Assembly (NCBI RefSeq): GCF_018977255.1
Contig: NW_024704743.1
Span: 49,540,001-49,604,000 of the forward strand
Length of the DNA stretch: 64,000 bases
Direction of reading: 5' to 3'
DNA from: Callorhinchus milii
Lineage: Eukaryota
The notes under the pieces were generated by a model. That model made no database searches and had not been told where the DNA came from. It was given only the letters and a program-made list of their open reading frames with translations. Positions 52,650-64,000 of the stretch are shown here, in pieces; position 1 is the stretch's first letter, and every line of letters begins with the position of its first letter. The position numbers and the translations under genes were made by a program.

Positions 52650-53420
52650 TCTCACCTCAGGTGCTGACAGCATCACCATCCATAGTTGCACACTCTACCT
52701 TACCAAACCAGTGCGGAATCTTGAGGGTCTTGTTTGACCCTCAACTATCCTTTCTACCTCACATCTGCGCCATGACCCGCTCTGCCTTCCCCCACCTCCG
52801 CAAGGTCGCCCAACTCCGACACTATCTCACACCGAAACCCTCATACACGCCTTCATTACATCGAGGATCAACTATGCAAACTCCCTGGTTGTCGGCCTCC
52901 CCAACTGATGCAGATCATCCAGAACTCTGCAGCCCGTGTCCTCTCCTGCACCAGGCTCCGCAACCCTATCACCCCCATCCTTTCCCAACTCCATTGGCTT
53001 CCCATCACACAGAGGATACAGTTCAAGATCCTAGTCCACACCTTCAAAGCCCTCCACGGTCTTGCTCCCTCTACCTCTCTGACCTCCTAACCCCCTACCA
53101 CCCAGTTCGCTCCCTCCGCTCAATGGGCTCCGGCCTGCTTCATGTCCCCTGCTTTGCTCACCCCAATATCGGCGGCAGGCCTTCTGCCACTTTGCACCCA
53201 CCCTCTGGAACTCCATCCCGAGTCCCTCCGTCTTGCCCCCTCCCTCGCCACCTTCAAGACCCATCTCAAGACCCTCTTTTTCGACCGTGCTTTTGATCTT
53301 CCTGCTTCCCCCCTCCCCGACTCCGACTCTCAGCTCAGGTCCATAACTCTGTCTGTCCAGCGCCTTGGGACATCCTCCCGACGTAAAAGACGCCATATAA
53401 ATGTAATTTTGTTGTTGTTG
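52650..53420 (+). mobile_element. L2-clade LINE 3' fragment ending 12 nt before exon 31
   Basis: QIIQNSAARVL..LHWLPITQRIQFK; tail gttgttgttg. Confidence 0.9.
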
Positions 53421-53432
53421 TATTTACTGCAG

Positions 53433-53596
53433 GAAGCCAAGCGTTTCTCCAACATTGACAAATCTTGGGTGAAGATCATGACTCGGGCACATGAGACCCT
53501 CAGTGTGGTGCAGTGCTGTGTAGGGGATGAAACCATGGGCCAGCTGTTGCCTCATTTGCTGGAGCAACTGGAAATTTGCCAAAAGTCTCTGACTGG
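53433..53596 (+). CDS. DNAH5: DNAH5 exon 31 ([12 protein letters not shown]...CQKSLT)
   Basis: ctgcag|...|gtaaga; 164 nt. Confidence 0.95.
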
Positions 53597-54316
53597 GTAA
53601 GAAGCAAGACAATAGCATAGCATGTCCGATCAGAACTGAGTTCCTGTGGGTGGGTATGAAGTCTATGGGGTTCTGCATTAAGTCCTGAGAGGCATTTTCA
53701 AGGTTTCATTTCCGCTATTGTTTTTCTGGCGGATGCATTTTCAACCTTATTATCTAAACTAGTTGAGTTCACATTGTTTCAATCAAGCTTATCAACTCAG
53801 ATTTTGGTTTCATTGCTTGAGCTTGACTTGGTTATTGTAAATATGTGGGAAAGTCTACAGTTAGGTTAATTATTTTTTCTGGTTTCAAAACGGTTTATAC
53901 CAGCAATGTTTACATTTACACAGAAAGATAACCATGTATAGAATTGGAAAACGTCATTACGATCCATCTGGCAAATCCCAAAGTTTAAAAAGAAATGGGC
54001 TACTCATGAAAAGCAGCTTGATGCTGTGATGGGAGGACGGTAGGGTGGGTATTCTGGAGGGATGAGATTAGATGGGCTGAAGAAGGACTTTCTTCATCTA
54101 AACCAATCTTGTCATGTATCATAGAGGTGGTCTACAAATACATAGTCACTAGGATTTAACAGTAAAAGCCTGTAAAGCACTTTGCTACGTCTCAGTGTTA
54201 TATCAAATGCGAGGATTATTATTTATTATTGTTATAATATCTCACGTTTCAATGGAATTTTCTCCCTCTTGGATTTGTGGTGTTTCCATTCATTGTTGGT
54301 GCTGTTGGTCTTATAG

Positions 54317-54473
54317 GTACCTTGAGAAGAAGCGGTTGCTTTTTCCTCGATTCTTTTTTGTATCTGACCCGGCACTTCTCGAAATCCTTGGTCAGGCTTC
54401 AGATTCTCACACAATCCAGGCACACCTGCTGAATGTTTTTGACAATATTAAAACCGTCAGCTTCCATGAAAAG
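54317..54473 (+). CDS. DNAH5: DNAH5 exon 32 ([17 protein letters not shown]...FHEK)
   Basis: ttatag|...|gtaagg; 157 nt. Confidence 0.95.
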
Positions 54474-54820
54474 GTAAGGTAGTGATTTCAAACAACCCTT
54501 TTTATTTTCTCCAGCTCACGCAATGAATATATGAGCTATTAATAAACACCTTTTTATATCTATATGCTAATTCTGTGGCCTTTCAAGACTGCAGCTGTCC
54601 TTGTTAAACCAAGAAAAATCAAATGAGAACTCTGTAATGAGATTCCTGTTTGCTTTGTAGAAGAACACTTAAACAGCTGTTCTGAGCTTGGTATGTTTTT
54701 TTTACCTTGTCCTCCCAATGTGAAAGGCACTATATAAAGTTATTGCTGTTACTCTGCTGCTTTGTATAAGTTCCTTAAGATGTTCCCTCAGATGATACAA
54801 ACAGGGGTGGTGCTGCAAAC

Positions 54821-55272
54821 CTTCACAGGATACAGTGTATTTGAAGCCAATTTGCAGAAAACAGTATTCCACAAACAGCCATTCAATGAATACCCAATTT
54901 TATTTGGGGGATTATTGACCAGGACACTGGAAGAAACTCCCTTCGGTTTTCAAATATTGTCATGGGATCTTTAACAGGAAGGTGGGACCTCGGTTTAGCA
55001 TCTTACCAGAAGAACAGCACTTCTGACTGTTATAGCACACCCACAGGACTTTTTTTTCTGCTGCAATTGCCTTCAAGATTGACAGTCACTATACTTTACA
55101 GTAAATCCTGGAAAGTGCTTTGAGAAGTCCCCCAGACATTCAAGCCACTGCATCAAATACAAAGATTATTATTCTGAGTAATAATAAAATAAGTCCATTT
55201 CCCACCCAGTTTTAAAAATATATAGTAAAGGCAAATAATATAAATGTTTTAGTAAGGAAATAATGCTATGAT
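54821..55272 (+). repeat. ~450-bp direct duplication, copy 1 (copy 2 at 57217-57667)
   Basis: Near-identical by eye, about five differences. Confidence 0.93.
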
Positions 55273-56739
55273 AAGTTTGAGGTGGAGGGTTGGAGAAACT
55301 TGGGGAAAGAAGGCTGCATAGGCATTAGCAGATTGTCTAAGTAGACAAGTGAACTCAATCAGGTCACATTATATCTCTGGATCAGTGCCTAAGGAGTGTG
55401 TACCTCAGCCTTTCAGATCAGGAAGACATCTCAAAGCACTTCACAGGCTGTACTGTAAAATGTAGTGACTGTATATTTTGTAGGCAAACTAGTCAATGTG
55501 CACACAGCAATGTCTCTCGATATCCTTCCAACAGCCATGAATTGAATAACCAATTTTATTTGGGGAATGTTTGGCCGTGCACACTGGGAGAATAGTACCA
55601 CGGGATCTTTAATGTCCACTTTGACAGACAGACGAGACCTCAGTTTAACGTCTCATTCAAAGTATGGCACCTCCAACAATCCAGCAATCCCTGTGAGGAT
55701 TCAAAGCCCCAATGTGGGGCTTGAACCCACAATCTTCTGATTCAGAGTGCTACCAACTGCCAGGCTGATGCACATAACTGCACCCTAGGAGCTAATAAGA
55801 GGCATTTATGGTCCAGTGTAATTCAGTTCAAAGAATTAAAATTGCACTGGACTGTAAATCTCGTTTGTTAGCTCTTGGCATCAGTTTTTTTGATATGTCC
55901 TATATTTATCATACTGAATCTATTGAAGATGAATACTCCAACACCGTTCTCAGTAGAGATGGCCAAGACCTGATTCGAGGCATTGGAGTTCTCACACATA
56001 GATTTTGACTGTCAGTTCACAGGCTTTTTATTAATCAGAAAGCTTTAGAGTAAATGGTATCCCATTAATTGACACCTGAAAGCCATGTGTCAGAGGTCCA
56101 GTACCCTGGGCCCAGCTTCTCAAAGGTCGCCATTGAGAACAGGGTTGGGAGGTTCACTACTATCACCTTCAATATGTGTATTATGTACCACTAACTTCAA
56201 CTTGTTCTATGATTTGAAAGGTTATTGTTTTCAACATGTTATTTGTTCCGACATGTGAAGGGAAGGTGCTTTAGGAAAGCTGGTCTGGCCACAACAGGCT
56301 TTTGGCAGCTGTACTTTGGCATCTTTTGTCCACAAAATACACAGTCAATCTACTTTACAATATATTTTGTGAAGCGATTTGAGACGTCTATATCAAATGC
56401 AAGGATTATTATTTACCATTATTTTGATGGCCGCAATCTATTCTATTTCATGGTAACAGGAGGTGCACATTGTGTGGCCAGATCGGTTCTCTCCTCTGTT
56501 CCTGAGGTAATCCTCTGATCAGTGAGTTACTCCCTCTGGTTAGAATCACTGGAGGTATTGGCAGCAGAAAGTAATAATACTATTAACAACAACTACAACT
56601 TGCATTATATAGTGCCCCTCACCCAGAGCGCTTCCATTAACACTAGATTGTGTCAATTTAAAAGTACAATGCTGGGTGTGTTTTTTTACTAAAGTGGCAG
56701 CACTAAGAATGTTCTTTCAGTAATGTTGTGCATCAGCAG

Positions 56740-56952
56740 GTGTATGACCGTATTTTGGCCATTTCTTCACGTGAGGGTGAAATCATTGAACTGGATAAGC
56801 CTGTCATGGCAGAAGGAAACGTTGAAGTCTGGCTGAATGCTTTACTGGTGGAATCCCAGAAATCGCTCCATCTCATCATTCGCTCAGCATCTGCCAGCAT
56901 TCAGGACACCAGCTTCCAACTGATTGAGTTTCTTAACTATTTTCCTGCACAG
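56740..56952 (+). CDS. DNAH5: DNAH5 exon 33 ([10 protein letters not shown]...YFPAQ)
   Basis: cagcag|...|gtatgt; 213 nt. Confidence 0.94.
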
Positions 56953-57216
56953 GTATGTGATTGAAAAAGTTGCAATACTCTTGCAGTTTATTTGCACAAA
57001 CAATAAACAGTAAGTAGCAACTTGCATCTTCAAATTCTCCCACCCTATGTAAAAATAGCCTAGTATGATCAGTACCTCAATTAATCAATTTTGTAAAGAG
57101 TCTCTTGTGTGGTACTTTCAATTTAAAATTATATCTGTAAATTAAAATTTACAAATTAAATTGCACATTCACTTCACTGCTGTTTGTGGGACACTTTAAA
57201 GAGACATCTCAAAATA

Positions 57217-57667
57217 CTTCACAGGATACAGTGTATTTGAAGCCAATTTGCAGAAAACAGTCTTCCACAAACAGCCATTCAATGAATACCCAATTTTATT
57301 TGGGGGATTATTGACCAGGACACTGGAAGAAACTCCCTTCGGTTTTCAAATATTGTCATGGGATCTTTAACAGGAAGGTGGGACCTCGGTTTAGCATCTT
57401 ACCAGAAGAACAGCACTTCTGACTGTTATAGCACACCCACAGGACTTTTTTTCTGCTGCAATTACCTTCAAGATTGACAGTCACTATACTTTACAGTAAA
57501 TCCTGGAAAGTGCTTTGAGAAGTCCTCCAGACATTCAAGCCACTGCATCAAATGCAAAGATTATTATTCTGAGTAATAATAAAATAAGTCCATTTCCCAC
57601 CCAGTTTTAAAAATATATAGTAAAGGCAAATAATATAAATGTTTTAGTAAGGAAATAATGCTATGAT
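57217..57667 (+). repeat. ~450-bp direct duplication, copy 2
   Basis: Matches 54821-55272. Confidence 0.93.
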
Positions 57668-58619
57668 TGTGCTCAATTCGCAGGATGAGTATTTTGGTTG
57701 TTTTATTATTTATTAGACTACTTATGGCATTGCCTGAAACGCTACTATTCTCTGCTCCACACCCTGCCCTGCATTGCAACCTGTTTCAGAAAATAATATA
57801 CAGTATATGTTTTGATAAAATGCTACATTTCTTAATATAACTAAAGGATCAAATAAACACCAGTGTTTGTCAAAGGGAAGGGAAGGGAACCTTCGCAGTT
57901 ATTGTTTCAAATATTTGATTTATTTGATTGGTCATGGATTATATAAGCTTATTAGTTGGCAAAATGCAGCGTATCATTTATTAGCAAAATAATGATCAAA
58001 GTTGAAAGAAACATTTTGTGATGTTATCCACCTATGGCTTTTTAAACAAATAATATTCTTACATATAGTTTATTATTTATATAAAAAAAGGCTCAATCAT
58101 TGCATTTCTGAGCTTTATTCCATTTGGAAATATTGCATCTTTGTAGACAAAACAGTAGTCACTAAACGTCAAACAAACTCACTGCATGAAGCACTTTGAG
58201 AAATTTTGATATGAACAATATGATATGATGAGATGCGATATCAAATTATTTTATTGTGCAAAATTGGCCTGCTAACTCAAAACAGTGCCTTTTTTAAAGC
58301 ACTGTTTCTCTAACTCAAAGTTGGATGATCTTACCATTCATATTTGCAACAAAAATATTTCTTGCGGGTTAAATACAGAAAAGTAGATTTGAGGATTGCT
58401 GTCTGTATCAGAACATTTCAAGAATTTATCCTTGCTTAAACTGACCTTATTTCCCCCACCCCCAGTCTATTACAGGTGAACATTGTTTTAATTCAAAAAN
58501 TATGTTCAACCACATCAAATTGCACTTATATAGCGGCCTTCGTGCCAGAGAGCGTCTCAGAGCCCTGTACAGTGGCTTTTTAGGATATATGTAGCTTCAT
58601 TAATATCTCTTTTCCAAAG

Positions 58620-58844
58620 GTTGGCTTGCTCGGAATTCAAATGATTTGGACGAAGGATTCTGAGGAGGCGCTGACCAATGCCAAGCAGGATCGCAAAATC
58701 ATGTCAAAAACCAACCAGTCTTTCCTGGATCTGCTCAATACCCTGATCGACATGACAACAAAGGACTTGAGCCCTGTCGACCGGGTGAAATACGAAACCC
58801 TCATCACTATCCATGTGCACCAGCGGGATATCTTTGACGACTTA
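58620..58844 (+). CDS. DNAH5: DNAH5 exon 34 ([11 protein letters not shown]...[13 protein letters not shown])
   Basis: ccaaag|...|gtaaga; 225 nt. Confidence 0.95.
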
Positions 58845-59754
58845 GTAAGAACTGAAACAATTTGCTCATCTCTGTATTCATGAAGTTTCTTTATCTGACC
58901 AACCTTCATGCAGGGCAGCGTCTCAAAGCTTTTAACAGTGGTGGAGCCTGACGCCGAGCTGGTGGGGCGGGGGGAGCCGGGGGACCAAAGGTATATAAAA
59001 AGAATGTTTTAAGTTTAGAGAGGCCTCTTGAGAGAGATGAAGCAATCAAAGGAAATAAATTGGTTCAATAATGATGGTGATGGTTATTTACTAGAAATGT
59101 ATGTATTGCTCCTGGGCAAAACTTATATTGCAAACCTCCTTGCCTTTTCGATCTTTATTATTGCTTTTCTTTGTAGAGTTGCTTTTCCTCCCACTTCTGT
59201 TCTTTGAGTCATTACTGCTCCTTTCCTGGGGTTGGACCCAGGGCAGCTTGTTGGGACAAAAACCTCTCACTGTCTGCTGGGCAGATCTTCTATGTGAGCA
59301 ATCATAACCCAACTCCAGTTGGTCATGGGTTCAGCACAATGGCATCCCTTTAGAGAGGAGTCTTTGTCCTCCCCTGGTGTTAGAGAATAATGTTCTCCTG
59401 CTCTCATCTACTCTCTGTGGTGCAAGAAAACAACCCCCAAATCCCTGAACATTAGGCCATTATCTCTGCACTGAATAGATATAGCTTAAACATCTCTTAA
59501 GTGTAAACGTATTTCAATGTAATAAGCAATAAATATTTAAATGCACCTATCAGCAAGTATACTGTCAGTTCCTGGCACCACAGAAGTACATTTTCATTAT
59601 AGAGTTGGTGAATATTTCTCTAGGTAGATGATAGTCCCTTCTTTTTTAATACCAATAGTACTTTTTTAATATAATGCAATAAAAGCATTTATTCTAATAC
59701 AATAAAAGTGTTTTTTAGCATAATTTTTAACATAATACAATAAAAGTATTTATG

Positions 59755-60145
59755 CTCCAGGACCACTGCTGTCCTGACAGAATGTCTATCAGACATCAAG
59801 TCCTGGATGAAAGCTAACTTTCTTCAGTTGAACGTTAATAAAACCGAAGCTCTCCTGATTGGCTCCTCTCCCGCACTAGGCTCCTTGACCCTATCACCCC
59901 CAACCTTTCCCAACTCCAATGGCTTCCCATCACACAGAGGATACAGTTCAAGATCCTGGTCCTCACCTTCAAAGCCCTTCATCGTCTTGCTCCCCACTAC
60001 CTCTCTGACCTCCTAACCCCTACCACCCTGCTCGCTCCCTCCGCTTAGCGGGCTCCGACCTGCTTCATGTCCCCCGCCCTGCTTGGCCCACGATGGGGGG
60101 TGGGGCCTGAAAGGCGTTATACAAATGTAATTTTGTTGCTGTTGT
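59755..60145 (+). mobile_element. L2 fragment with large internal deletions
   Basis: NFLQLNVNKTEALLIGS then jumps to 3' region and tail. Confidence 0.82.
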
Positions 60146-60200
60146 AGATACACAAAGAATGTGTTAAATCCCTTGTCTGCAATATCATTTTGTTTCATAG

Positions 60201-60373
60201 TGCCGTTTGCACGTTAAAACTCCTGCCGATTTTGAATGGCTGAAGCAATGCAGATTCTACTTTAATGAGGACTTGGACAAGATGCGGATCAGCATCACAG
60301 ACGTTGGGTTCATCTACCAGAACGAGTTCCTGGGTTGCACAGACAGACTGGTTATAACACCCCTCACTGACAG
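60201..60373 (+). CDS. DNAH5: DNAH5 exon 35 ([20 protein letters not shown]...[16 protein letters not shown])
   Basis: tcatag|...|gtgagg; 173 nt. Confidence 0.95.
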
Positions 60374-61584
60374 GTGAGGCTTTTTCTGAACAGAAGGTTA
60401 TGAGATCAATTCCCAGGAGGCTTATGCTTTGCTCACTGAGTGTCAACATCTTGCATTTAAGTAGCCCGTTCATGTAAGAGAATGTCTAAAATTGTTTGAC
60501 ATTGGAAATGATGGTTGGCACGCCAGGAACTGAACTTATGAAAAGGTAGTTGCAGAGATTCTTAGGCAGTAAGGGCATGAAGAGATATGGAGAAAAAGCA
60601 TGGAAATTAGATGAAGAGATCTGCCATTTATCCAGTAAAATGTCAGAACATGCTTAAAAGCCAAAGACCTACACACATTCCTACAGCAACAACAAATTAC
60701 ACTTGGATTGGGCCCTTCACGTTGGAAAGAAGTGGGAGCTTCATATTCTCCCAAGTGGGAGCAATATAGAGGTTGCCCAAAGCATGGTCAAAGAGGTGGG
60801 TCTATTGGAATTGTTTGAAAGCAGGGGTACATAGAAGTCAAAATGGAGAGGAGCTGCTGTCAAAAGCCTCTTGGAGCAGAGAGAGTGAGTAAGTACCCCA
60901 TTCACAGTCCAGTGAGGCTTGTTTTGCAATGTGAACATTATCACGGATTCTGAGTAAAATCAACAATTTCAGTTTTTTAAAATGTACTTTGATTGAAAAA
61001 AGGTATTTCTAGGTGAATATTGGCATAAAAACAATTATGTTGATCCTTACATCTAATACACAAACGCAGCTAGTAATGGTGGAGTTACTGCTGTATTTGG
61101 TGGGCAGAGCCTGTGCTCAGTAAACCCAGAGTCCTTCCCAGTTTTAATGGAATGTTTAAGACCATATTCTATTTTGAGTTACACAGCTTGTTTATTATTG
61201 TGGGTATCTGGTCTCTCTCTAAGTCCTCATTGGAAATCGTACGTTATGTACCACCAAAAACCTGGTGTTAATAAGGTCATGCGAACCGTGTTAATGAAGA
61301 CTGAAGCATAATCTAATAGATGCAGTGGTTTAATCACCGCCTTTATTGCAATTGCCACTTAGCAAATCAGTGCTGTGAGCACTCTGATTTATATTTATTT
61401 CTCATGTGGTTTTGTTGCTTTGTGCTCATTTGCTGAGGATTTCTTGTGCTTGTGATGTTCTTTTATTCCAGATGCCTTAATGTTAGCATCTAGCAGCCCC
61501 AAATCAGGTCCAATAGTACATGACAGTGTTGTCCAAAATTATCTCTCCTCTGTATCAACAGTGTGATTTATCCCTAGGATCAGA

Positions 61585-61930
61585 ACAATAACAAAAAAAT
61601 TACATTTGTATAGCGCCTTTCATGTCAGGAGGATGTCCCAAAGCACTGGACAATCATTGTTTCTGACCCAAGTTGGGATTGGGGAAGGTGGGGGTCAGGG
61701 GGGAGAAGGAGGGTGATCGAAAGCACAGTCAAAGAGGAGGATCTTGAGACAGGCCTTGAAGGAGGTGAGGGAGGGGGGGAGGGGAGGGACTGCGAAATGG
61801 AGTTCCAGAGGGTGGGGGCAGAGTGGCTGAAGGCCTGGCCGCCAATGGTGGGGTGGGCGAGGTGGAGGCCATGAAGCAGGCCAGAGCCCGCTGAACGGAG
61901 GCAACGGGCAGGTTGGTAAGGGGTTAGAAG
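61585..61930 (-). mobile_element. L2 3' fragment
   Basis: Reverse complement of L2 3' end. Confidence 0.82.
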
Positions 61931-61935
61931 ACTAG

Positions 61936-62205
<270 letters not shown>

Positions 62206-64000
62206 TGATGTATATTTTGTGGGTGTTTCGCAAAATACAAAATTCTTAAATGTGCAGATTTGCTGGGAGGTTTTGAACAATTACACATTTGTTTTGTTTA
62301 GTCTTCGTAGTCTATGAACCATATACAACAACTCGCACTTCTCTAGTGTCTTTCACACAGATAATGTCTCATGACCTTCACAGGGAAGGTGTGGAAGATT
62401 GAGAATGTGTGGAAGTAAAGAGTAGGAGAGGTGATTGTAGGCAATCGGGTCAAAAAGCTGAATTTTTAGAAGGATTTTTAAAGCCAGGAGAGGGAGTGTG
62501 ACAGAGAAATTTTGAAAAAGCAAGGAGTAAAACAGAGAGTGGCTGAAATCTTCGCTGCAAGTGGTGGGATAGAAGGGGTGAGAATATCCAGTGCCTTGGG
62601 ACGTCCTCCCGACGTGAAAGGCGTTATACAAATGTTATTTTGTAGTGTATTGTAGCCTGAGCAATGACAATAGGCAGTGTTTTCTGTAAATCAGTGCTGT
62701 TTTGTCAGTGTATGTTTAGAATTAATAGTTAAACTCCACAAGATAGTAATGCACAACTGCAGGACATGCTCAAAGTCACAGCTCTCCTTGACAAACTAAA
62801 ATTGGTAATTTTCCTGTTTTGTTGTGGTGAATGTCACTGTAATTTGTAAAGGGTTAAATAATCATTGTGGCAATCTCTGGAAAACACACAGCAGTGATGT
62901 TCAATTTGGAACTTGCGATTCCTCTAAAGATGAAATGCGAAATTGAATCTGTGTTGGGATCTGGACATTGGGTGTATTAAATACTGTCTGATAGAAACTG
63001 CAACACACAAGGAGACTGTTTTGCCCATTCTGTTTGTGCTGTGATAGCTCTGCAGAGGAACCATCTGCTCTACATTTCCTTGCTGCATCCCCACAAGGAG
63101 AACGTTGATCAGAGTATGCAGCTTCCCTTAACAATAAACATCCAGAAGAACCTATTTTTTTAAATAGGTAGAATAATAGGTAGATTTTATTTGCAGCCTG
63201 AGAAAGCTGATAAAAGATTTACGTTTTTTTGATCAGCCGGGTGTCTGACACATGCAGAAACCCATCATCGTGTTTAGTAGTATCCGAACCAAGCTGATAT
63301 TTCCATGCATCCCACCTAGACATGGAAATCCCAGAGATAAATTGTTGGAATGGAATGCATACTCTCTCTCTGGAGGGATGCATTTTGCTTACCTAATTCT
63401 GGAGAGTATTTGGTGCAGGTTGGCAAGAGCCAAGGCTTAGGGTCTCCAGAGTGTGGGTTGGGGTATGGCTGGAGTCTAACTAGCTAAAACTGCATAGCTT
63501 GTCATTGATATCACTGTCTGGTAAACTTTCTCGCGGCTTATCCAGGATTTATCATGTTATTCAGTAATTGATTCTGGGTGGCTTGCAGTCTAGAAAAGAG
63601 GTGCGTGTGGACCTTCTCTAGCAGATATATGGGTGTGGACCCTCTCTTGGGGATATATCCATTTGACAGCTTGGCTCAGTTGGTAGCATTTTCACCTTTG
63701 AGAAGATAATAAGTTCAAGCCTCACAAAGGGTCTTTGAGCTATATCCAGGCTGATACCAATAGAGGGGGTTCTGCGTTGTCAGAGGTGCGGGCCTTCATA
63801 AGAAATATTAAAACTGTCTGCTTGTTGAGGTGAACATTAAATACCCCACAGCACTATTCAAAAAACAAAGGGAGTTTCTCGTGGCCAACAATCCCTCAGA
63901 TAAAAATGATCATTCGTTTCATGACTGTTTGTAGGACATTGCTGTACTCAAATTGGCTGCAGCGTTGTGCCTACAAATACACAAACACAACACTTTATAG

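Noticed and set aside
52550..53296. Longest ORF in the track (248 aa)
   Set aside because: Frameshifted L2 remnant read across mixed frames
58500..58500. Single N base
   Set aside because: Assembly ambiguity in intron 33; does not affect exons
59650..59752. AT-rich repeated taatacaataaaag units
   Set aside because: Short degenerate tandem repeat, not a CRISPR-like array; no unique fixed-length spacers
63410..63480. Possible next exon after tgcag
   Set aside because: Does not encode the expected GLAQSGSWGCFDEFNR; part of the unclassified repeat

Overview
Eukaryotic (vertebrate) genomic DNA, most likely a cartilaginous fish; this is inferred from the mix of L2/CR1 LINEs, DeuSINE-type tRNA SINEs and a shark-type Penelope-like repeat. 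The window holds the 5' part of an axonemal outer-arm dynein heavy chain gene, DNAH5, on the + strand. I traced a probable first coding exon (2265-2345) and 35 further GT-AG exons (10747-62167) that splice in frame from the N-terminal tail to the AAA1 Walker A motif GPAGTGKT; the gene continues beyond the window. Exon numbers are my own count from the probable exon 1, and comparisons with human DNAH5 and with repeat families are from memory, not from a search. Introns are full of decayed retroelements. Most ORFs in the supplied track are LINE remnants, exon read-throughs or antisense shadows. I see no new multi-gene system. The best leads are: an in-frame degenerate copy of exon 18, a hAT-like MITE sitting at the same site in three SINE copies, a conserved 3' stem-loop shared by the SINEs and LINEs, a solo LTR with a target-site duplication, a young 450-bp duplication around exon 33, and a possible second first exon. 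Repeat boundaries are approximate.
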